Positions 54,878-64,000 of a DNA stretch of 64,000 nucleotides are shown here, one piece after another (position 1 is the first letter of the stretch; every line of letters starts with the position of its first letter). Source of the stretch: Octopus sinensis (lineage: Eukaryota); contig NC_042997.1 in NCBI RefSeq assembly GCF_006345805.1, positions 70,060,001 to 70,124,000 of the forward strand, written 5' to 3'. The translations under genes and the position numbers were made by a program. The notes below the pieces were generated by a model. That model saw only the letters and a list, made by a program, of their open reading frames with translations, did not search any database and had not been told where the DNA came from.

Positions 54878-55854
54878 AATAACAATAACAACAACAACGC
54901 CAATAATAAGGAGAAGATGAAGAAGAAAGAGGAGGAGGAGGGGAGTAAGGAGAGGGGGAGGTGGTAGCATGTAACTACAAACATTATCTGTTTAATGACA
55001 CGAATGAAAATATGAACTAAGTAAAAAATAAATGGAAATGAAGTGATAAGTAAATGATATATTTTATCTTTTATTTATTATTTAGCTTTTTGTTAGTTTT
55101 ATTTTTGGCAGATCAAGGAGTAGTCACCCTTAACTATTCATGAATGGACAACGAAAACGAATTATCATCTTTTTTATATGCAATGTCTGAGTTAGTAGCT
55201 TTCATACAAGTCATTTGATACTTCGTAAAGAGAAAAAGAAAAGCAACAGAATTAAACAAAATTACACAAAATTACGAACTAACATAGAACACAGCTACAT
55301 CGCATACAAACACACACAGACGTAGAAAACTAAACAGTGTGGCTACAATGGAAATCTAAACACTTTACCGATCCAGTTTTGCAAAGAGAGCCGTCTTGTT
55401 AAACATTCACTATGTTTATCTATTGGTTTCGCTAGTGTTGTTTGCTGGGGTTTGTGTCGTTTCAAGTGGACAGAACTGTGAACAACGGATAGCGTTGACA
55501 GTGAGGTGGTTTTTCCAGATGTTGCTGATTTTCTTGTTATTGTAGTTGAAAGACACTAGTGGTAGCAAGATAAGGCAATGAGAAAAGTAGTGCTTTACAA
55601 AAGCCAGCTAACGCTTTTTTCGGCTCGATCACACATTAAATCAGGTGAAAGACAACGAAAAAGAGCGTATGTGTGCATATGTGATATTTGTGCGTATACA
55701 GAACACGTTTATGTCTGACTATGCGCAAACTCATACATATATGCACATACTCATATCTATATATGCATGCATGTATATCCATATGTATGTACATACATAT
55801 GTGTGCGCTCACATACATGCACACACACACATACACGTATATTATATATCATAC

Positions 55855-56612
55855 TCATACCTTTAATGGGAGATTTTACAGCCCAATTTGAAATAAATTA
55901 AGCTTTTCCTTCCACTACGTGAGCAGTTCTTTAACGATTTCCTCTAGCCCACTTCTCAAAGGCTGGAGTAAACGAAACTTGGTATAATTTTTAGTTCTTC
56001 TCTCCATAACCACCACTAATAGTGACACACTTCTTCCATTAATTTATGCAGCTGTGAAGACCTCGTCTGTAGAAGTCTATAGGTTGCGTCTGGAGCCAAG
56101 ACTTTACCTCGGAAATAAGTTCATCATCTGAAAGGTGCTTTCCTTTCAAAACAAGACGTTATGGTTGGAATGAGGTGGAAGTGGAGTGATGTGAGGTCAG
56201 GAGTGTAAGGTAGGATGAGGAAGGATTTCATAGCTGAAAGAGTGTGTTTTCATCTGGGCAACATGCGCATTGTGAACTGGGGCGTTGTCTTGGAGGAGGC
56301 GGACTCCTTTGGTCAGCATACCACGTCACTCTGCGCTGATTACGTCCCGCAATTTTTGCAGCAGAGAAGCATAATGTGTCCAGTTGCCAGAAAATCCATC
56401 ATCACTACTCCAAACTGGTCCCAAAAGACTGAGCATTACCTTGCCTGCTGATGATTGGGTACGAGCCTTCTTTGGAGGTGGTGAATTATCATTCTTCTAT
56501 TGCTTTGAATGAACTTTAGTCTCAGGATCATAGTGATGGACTCATGTTTCATCCTGTATCTACGGAAAAAGTCCTCCTCGTTTTCTTGACACATTGCCAA
56601 AAGAACCCGAGA
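55855..56612 (-). mobile_element. Mariner transposon 3' two-thirds, decayed
   Basis: Peptides QDET*VHHYDPETK, SAGKVML, RLLQDNAPVHNAH and YEILPHP, with many stops. Confidence 0.85.
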
Positions 56613-57191
56613 GCGTGTGTGTATGTGTGTGTGTGTGTGCAAGTTGGCAAATATATATGAATGTATATGTGTGATTGAATAATTTATGTATATATTTATT
56701 TCTCATGCAGAACGCTCTCTAAGGTACTCAGACTTAGTCAAGATTCACCAACGTAGCATTTCACTCGGAGAACGTTTTACTTTTCACCATAACACCGATA
56801 AATAACTCTGTCAGCCATATAAATGTGCTAAACATAAAAATAGATCACCCAAAACTGTTTCTCAGTCATTTTTGTTTACCTACAGACCCTTGTATATACT
56901 ATTATATTTTGGTGGAGTTCCATTAACATTCGATGTTCAAAAGTCCTCTTTTGTTGTTCCCTCGATTGTATAGGTTGAACTATGTAAAATGATGATGAAA
57001 GGAACTTAGCTTTTTCTTGCAATGCATACATTTAAATCAAAGTTTTTCATGATCACTTAGAATATTACAGTAGATACCCAATTTACTATTTTAATAGCGT
57101 GAGCCCGCTCCACTCCCAAAAACCTGATGTGGACTGCCATGTACCACTAACCGAAATACGTCAATTTCGCATTTTTCCATTTCGATTCATA

Positions 57192-57310
57192 ACCATCTTC
57201 AACATTATGTTGAAAGCATCGGTTCTCGTCCGATCACCGAAGTTAAGCAACGTCGAGCCTAGTTAGTACTTAGATGGGTGACCACTTGGGAAACCTAGGT
57301 GGTGTAAGCG
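57192..57310 (+). pseudogene. 5S rRNA pseudogene
   Basis: GTTGAAAGCATCGGTTCTCGTCCGATCACCGAAGTTAAGCAACGTCGAGCCTAGTTAGTACTTAGATGGGTGACC..GGGAAACCTAGGTGGTGTAAGC matches metazoan 5S. The first ~15 nt are degenerate, there is no oligo-T terminator, and the copy is solitary. Confidence 0.88.
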
Positions 57311-57318
57311 TCACAATA

Positions 57319-57393
57319 GGCGCAGGAGTGGGTGTGTGGTAAGTAGCTTGCTTACCAACCACAAAGAAGTTTGTATATATGTATGCGTCTATA

Positions 57394-57492
<99 letters not shown>

Positions 57493-57705
57493 TTATGTAT
57501 GTGTGTGTGTTTGTGTTTGTCCTCCCAACATCTCTTGACAACTGATGGTGGTGTGTTTACGTCCCAGTGACTTAGCGGTTCGGCAAAAGAGACCGATAGA
57601 ATAAGTACTAGGCTTACAAAGAATAAGTCCTGGGATCGATTTGCTCGACTAAAGGCGGTGCCCCATGGTGGCTGTAGTACAATGAGTGAAACAAGTAAAA
57701 GATCA
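57319..57705 (+). mobile_element. tRNA-derived SINE, long family, middle replaced by (TA)n(TG)n
   Basis: Head GGCGCAGGAGTGGGTGTGTGGTAAG; 3' half colinear with the 27564 copy. Confidence 0.88.
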
Positions 57706-57749
57706 AACATAAAAGAAGACTTATACGATGGAAATAAATAAATAAAAGG

Positions 57750-57895
57750 TTTAGAGGTATTTCTTCCGGCTTTACGTTCTGGGTTCAAACTCTGCTGAAG
57801 TTGACTTTGTCTTTCATCCACTCGGGGTCAATAATATAGAACCAGCAGAGCACTAGGGTCGATGAAATCGATTACCACTCCCCCAAAATTTCACT
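57750..57895 (+). mobile_element. Decayed SINE, short family
   Basis: GGGTTCAAACTCTGCTGAAGTTGACTTTGTCTTTCATCCACTCGGGGTCAATAA. Confidence 0.7.
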
Positions 57896-59134
57896 CTTTC
57901 AGTTTATAGCAGATAGGATAATAGTTTATAAAATTTTAAAACAAGATGCCACCTGAGGGACTAGAAATAACAGCGAAGTCTTCAAAAGCGAATAGTAAAG
58001 ATGAAATGATTTCATCCCTCATATAATAAAGAAATTGATTAATTAGTGTTATCCAAGAGAATGAGATGATTAGGCGCAGTCGTGTTGACACTGGGGATTT
58101 GGTACGGTTGAACAAGTTTTGGCGACAGTACTTTTTAACACAGAAGATAAATAAACATACACACACACACGCACACCCGCACGCACACATACACACACAC
58201 ACTCACACGCACACACGAACAAGACCACGCGCGCACCCGCAGAGACATACAAGGAGAGAGACAGAGAGAGACGAGGGAGGAGAAGACACTACAATTTACC
58301 AATTGAAGACAATTGACATAAACCCATACCCCTCTCTTAAGTTCTCTGAAGCTATGTACTCTTGTAGCCATAGATACCATTCACCATTTAAGCAATTTGA
58401 TCAATCTGGATGACTGATCATTTAATTCTATAATTAGCTACATTCCACCTAACATTTATACTCGCATCTCCCTCACACCTTCCTCTTAGTGAATAATTAC
58501 TTGCTTATAATCTACCATATTTTCTAAGTTACTTCACACAATTCTTGCTATATTTCCTCTTCCTGCCAACACATATAACTCTTTATAAAACCAAACGCCT
58601 ATTTACTCATTATGACAGTATATGAGATGTGAATCCTTAACTTATATATTCTTCCTGATGAAGGTAAAATTTCGATAGGAATATCCCTTATTTGTATAGA
58701 TTACGGTACCCGTGCAACGGTCGTCGGAGCATCACCACTTAATCCTTGAAATGGACTACCACCATCTAATCATTGGAAACTTTACCTTCTGGATGCTTAA
58801 ACATTTCTTTATTCACCTTTTCTCGAGGATTTACACTTTTAGTTTTTAATATTTTTTAAATAGCTTTTTAGCAACGCTCTTAATCTGTGAGTAAGATGAT
58901 GTCTTCAATATATACATTTTAAGATGCTAATATATTTTTATTCATCACTATAGTTTTTCTACCCATATATGTCTATAATATTTTTATATATTTATGTATC
59001 TGTAAATTTTAAACATTTTAAAATATTTTAATGAGTGATACATTAAATATATTTCAATAATTTGCATACACCGGTTTTGTGGCTGAGTATATGTATTATT
59101 ATTCTAAATCGCTGAAACTACCTGAATTCTCCTT

Positions 59135-59190
<56 letters not shown>

Positions 59191-59299
59191 GTCTCAGGTT
59201 GTTGTCCTGAGCACTTCACAGCGCTGCCTATATAATAAAAAAAAAATAAAACACACGTGCACACATACAAACACACGCACGCACACACACACATACTAC

Positions 59300-59720
<421 letters not shown>

Positions 59721-59905
59721 CCATGTCTGAGTAATTGACTGTAAACTGGATTATTAACTGGACAGTTAACTGGATCGTCAAAATAAAGTATAATACTCTA
59801 TGATGGTACTGAGAACCCTTCGTCCAGTTCATTATAATATACTCATGCTGATGCATATAAAGAGTCACATAACACACATGCGCGTGCGTATGTGTGTGGA
59901 GAAAG

Positions 59906-59954
<49 letters not shown>

Positions 59955-60362
59955 AATTAGTGGTGAAAATGACCACCTGTTATCAGATTTATGACAATAC
60001 TTCCACGTGCACATACATACGGTAATTTTTTGAGGAAAAAAAATACGGACCGGTAAAAGGAAAGGTGACACTATCTTGTCCGTTTGTATGCACGTCGTGT
60101 GGAATATAATGGAAAACAACCCGCTAGCGATGTAAAAAATGTGAAGTCAACATGTATGAAAATAACGATCAAGAAAATTGAAGAGAAGTGTCGTTTTTGT
60201 GTATGAAAGGTGATTTAAATATGACTGCCAAAAGAAATCGGGTACAAAACGGGTGTTGTCAGTTCATCATTTAGCTACTTATTTGTCGAGGTGTATGGTG
60301 GTGGTGTTTGTGATTGTTAGGTTAAGAGTGAGCGAGTATGTTATGCGTGTACTTTTAATTAG

Positions 60363-60458
60363 AATACAAGGACAGTCTTACGATCGGGAGGAAAAGTAGT
60401 AGAAAGAATAGTGTATGAAGATGACAATGATGTTGATGATGATGAGAAGGAAGTGTAG
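60363..60458 (+). other. Candidate terminal coding exon with an acidic tail
   Basis: Acceptor GTACTTTTAATTAG, then NTRTVLRSGGKVVERIVYEDDNDVDDDEKEV*. The acidic part coincides with a short GAT repeat. Confidence 0.2.
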
Positions 60459-60929
60459 GAATATATCTTTAATTTTGGCCGGTGACGGTCGTGGGTGAGA
60501 AACGGTTTAAAAGATACAGAAACATCAAAGACGTGATCTGACAAGTTATTAGAAACGTTTCGTCCACACAGTGTATAAATATTGATCGACTACGAAGCTT
60601 GACACCCCCTACTTGAAATATTTTAGAATATAAATTCTGTTTACTTCGTGAGATCCAAATATATATAAAAAAAAGCCCAGGGAGAGATTTCAACATTTTA
60701 GCCCTGAATCAAAAGCGTCTGATAATTGGTGAAAACAAACCTAGTTTTACATATTATACGAAGTAGCGACGCTGGTGGTTCCTAACTTGCAAGATCTGCA
60801 GACCCTTTGCGGGCTACGGTAATAGTAGTGGACGTCAGTAAGCTGTGTTTGTTATTTTGAAATGCCATATTATAAAATCTATAATGAGCAAGTTGCTAAT
60901 AAATATTCAATTCTTTCATCTTTTACTTG

Positions 60930-61130
60930 TCATTAGACTGCGGCCATGCTTGGTAACCCACTTGAAGCATTTAGTCAAAGAAATCGACTCCAGTATTTGT
61001 TTCTAAATGTGGTACATATTTTCTCGATCTCTTATACCAAACCGCTAGGTTATAGGAAAGTAAACAAACCAACACTTGTTGTCAAGCGGTAGAGAGGGAC
61101 AAACACAAGAACACACACACATGGATATAT

Positions 61131-61198
<68 letters not shown>

Positions 61199-61365
61199 CA
61201 TATACATATGCACACATATAATCTATGTATACGACAGACTTTCAGCTTCCGTTTACCAAATTCACTCACAAGGTTTTGGTCGGCTCAGAGCTCTAGTAGA
61301 AGAAATTTATGCAAGGTGTCACGCAGTGGGACGGAGTCCGGCGCGATGTGGCTGGGAATCTAACT
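60930..61365 (-). mobile_element. SINE, long family, with an expanded internal (TA)n
   Basis: Both halves are recognisable and colinear with 31612-32000. Confidence 0.8.
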
Positions 61366-62454
61366 TCTTTATTTCATTACATTTGCCATAAAGGCAGTAC
61401 ATAGAGTAAAGTAGCTTTGCGGGCTGGACGAGGACATTAATGAAATGAATGATAATGAAAGAAAGATGATAAGGATGGGAGAAGACAAAAAGCGCCCGCC
61501 GACTTCTGCTTCTCTAAAACATTGTTCTTTAAAACCAAACACAAAACGAGGTATTAAACCTCTTACAACTTTTACAACTTTTCAATTTTTGGACTTAACA
61601 TTCCATTACAAACAACAACATAGTTCTATAATTACATATAATATAAATACAATACACAAAGCCCCTCCTCCCAGACCTGGCTTACAGTTCCCTTAGGAAT
61701 ACGCCAGCTCTAGGTCGGGGCCCCTCAAGTCGTATCTAAACATGTCCTATCAAACATAAAAAATACATTATCACTTCTCCCTTCCTCCTCTTTCCGGACC
61801 TCCAGTCAAATATCTAGCCGCCTGCAGAGCAGACCACGTTGACAGTCGGGGAGTTCAGAAAGAAAGCGAAGTGCCTATTATCAAATGTTTGTGTAACACA
61901 GTGCCACAATTTATGACTCATCCTCAAGATAACTTGTGCCCGCATCCTCTGCCATCCTCCACGCCTCTTCCAAAACCACATCGCGTTCCGTGTTAGCGTT
62001 GCCCGGGTACAAGCGATATTCCTCATTGAGCTCCTCCAGCTTCTTACCACATAGTCAAGCCTATGTCTGTGAATTCACCCACCGTGTAGGGTCTCGAGAT
62101 ACGTAATCGGGTCGACGAAAAGAAAATGTAAGAGCGGAGTGAGAGCGATGCTTACATCGGCGACCTCATCCGAACAACTATGAAAATTTGTTTGATAATA
62201 AAATTGGGTTATAGATTAAGCAGACGTTTGAAAAGACAGGGTGTGTTTGTAGAAAATTTCATTTAAATAAAATGGATGATGGTTTTCAAACTTTTGGAAT
62301 CACTATTCTTTGGAGCGGCTTCATTTGCAAGAAATAGTGATCGAAAATGCCTCAACTGATAGCCAAGTTTCTTTAGATATAAAGGTATACATTGATCATA
62401 TAGATATGTACTGGTGTATAAATTTATTTTCCCCCCCAAACACCACCAGACAAA

Positions 62455-62590
62455 AGATCAGCTTCAGTTTAACAAATACACTCACAAGGTTTTATTAGGC
62501 CCAGGGCTCTAGTAGAAGACATTTGCGCAAGGTGCCACGCAGTAGGACTGAGTTCGGTACGATATAGCTGGGAAGCAACTTCGTACCACA
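62455..62590 (-). mobile_element. SINE 5' half (long family)
   Basis: CACTCACAAGG..AGTAGAAGACATTTGCGCAAGGTGCCACGCAGTAGGACTGA. Confidence 0.75.
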
Positions 62591-62869
62591 CAGTCAACAC
62601 TATATCTAAGAAATCACCGGCTGTGTAGGGTCTCGAGACACGTATCTGAGCCGATGAAAAGAAAATGTAAGAACGACACTTCCATGGGCAACGAGGAATT
62701 GGGGTCCTTCTGTGTCGTTTTCCCTTCCTCTGTGCTTTTAATACATGTTTTTTCACTTGCAATTCTGCATCTGTTTTCCGTTTGTATATTTACTATACAT
62801 TTTTAAACTTATTATTTAACGGAACGTAATGCACCATTGGTTTTATTTACAGTAAGTTGTTTATATATT

Positions 62870-63530
62870 CGTGCGATATCTATTTCTAGCATTTCTTCTT
62901 TCTCCTTTTCTCTCTCTCTGTCTCTTCTTTTCTATCTACTCCCTCTCTCTCTCTCACACGCTCTCTTTCTTATCTGCCCTCTGTGGCTCCCTCTGCCTGC
63001 TTCTGACACTTAATCCGTGTTCAGACTTTTCATTTTCTCTTTTTGCACCCGCCGTTGAAACAACCGATTGTAAATTCTCTAGTCCCCGCTTCAACCTGCT
63101 TCGCTGTCTGTTGCCCGTCTGTTTATTATCCTTTAGGATTTCCCTATTAGCGTTATCCATACTTCGCTTTCATCTAGCCCTAAGACTACATTTTGTTCAT
63201 TTATTTCGTTTTTGTCCCACATCCGTCCACCAGTGATCTGGTCTTGGATAAAAGTTATTCACTTTCGTATGTCCACTTCTGTATCGCCTCTTATCCATAC
63301 ATCACTTGTCTGTTTTCGGTCACACATTCCTAGCAGCTCCTGTCGGTGCCGCCGGATGGAATTCAATATTATCGTTAAAGGCACGAAATTGCGTTTGACT
63401 CGCTGGCTGACAACTGGAGAAGAACTGGAGACCCTCTGTGTAGTTTTCCGCTCGCCTGTGCATTTACTATGTGTTTTTAAACTTGCTATTCTGTGTAATT
63501 ACTATACGGTGTAATTACTATACGGTTTTT
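62870..63530 (+). mobile_element. Pyrimidine-rich repeat of the pLTR-like family
   Basis: Homologous to the minus strand of 37005-37620 (TTATTCACTT.CGTATGTCCACT; GACAACTGGAGAAG..CCTCTGTGT). Confidence 0.5.
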
Positions 63531-63579
63531 AAAAAAACTTATATACATACATACACACATTGGCATATATACATATGTA

Positions 63580-63581
63580 TG

Positions 63582-63618
<37 letters not shown>

Positions 63619-63714
63619 TATAAGTATATATGTGAATATATATATGTACATGTATATACATATGTATATGTATATCTATATATATGTATATGTATATCTA
63701 TCTATCTATCTATC

Positions 63715-63767
<53 letters not shown>

Positions 63768-63910
63768 TATATATATATATATATATATATCATATAAGTA
63801 TATATGTGAATATATATATGTACATATATATACATATGTATATGTATATGTATATCTATATATATGTATATGTATATCTATATATATGTATATGTATATC
63901 TATCTATCTA

Positions 63911-63985
<75 letters not shown>
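63580..63985. repeat. Tandemly duplicated compound (TA/TATG/TATC/TC)n block
   Basis: The marker ATATCATATAAGTATATATGTGAATATA occurs at ~63612 and ~63787. Confidence 0.85.
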
Positions 63986-63986
<1 letters not shown>

Positions 63987-64000
63987 GTGCAATAATCTGC

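Noticed and set aside
58655-58790. CTGATGA followed by a 17-bp inverted repeat as a hammerhead
   Set aside because: No GAAA follows either possible helix II; at most an eroded PLE-like end.

Overview
This is eukaryotic, AT-rich, microsatellite-saturated DNA, not prokaryotic. The SINE, LINE and repeat families are ones I recognise from memory as typical of octopus (Octopus sp.) genomes; that assignment is an inference. Almost every ORF in the supplied track is a translation of (TA)n, (CA)n, (TATG)n or (GATA)n repeats or of decayed transposon sequence. I could not identify a host gene. Only low-confidence exon-like segments with good splice signals were found, so the window may be intronic or intergenic. 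Well-supported contents: many copies of two or three tRNA-derived SINE families; a near full-length decayed mariner (13.8-15.1 kb) and other mariner/Tc1 pieces; a pogo-type remnant; a full-length decayed Chapaev3-type transposon (43.8-46.1 kb); two non-autonomous Helitrons; R4/Dong-type RLE LINE fragments nested in (AAT)n tracts; RTE and L2/CR1-type 3' ends; a Penelope-like GIY-YIG fragment; a 5S rRNA pseudogene; and a ~1.45 kb near-identical tandem duplication. The most interesting signals are: at least six decayed minimal hammerhead-ribozyme-like motifs, one at the 3' end of an RLE LINE; an alternating (AAT)n-targeted nest of Dong-like LINE ends and a ~0.5 kb non-coding partner element; and several long foldback palindromes. 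No CRISPR array, intact tRNA gene or intact transposase is present.
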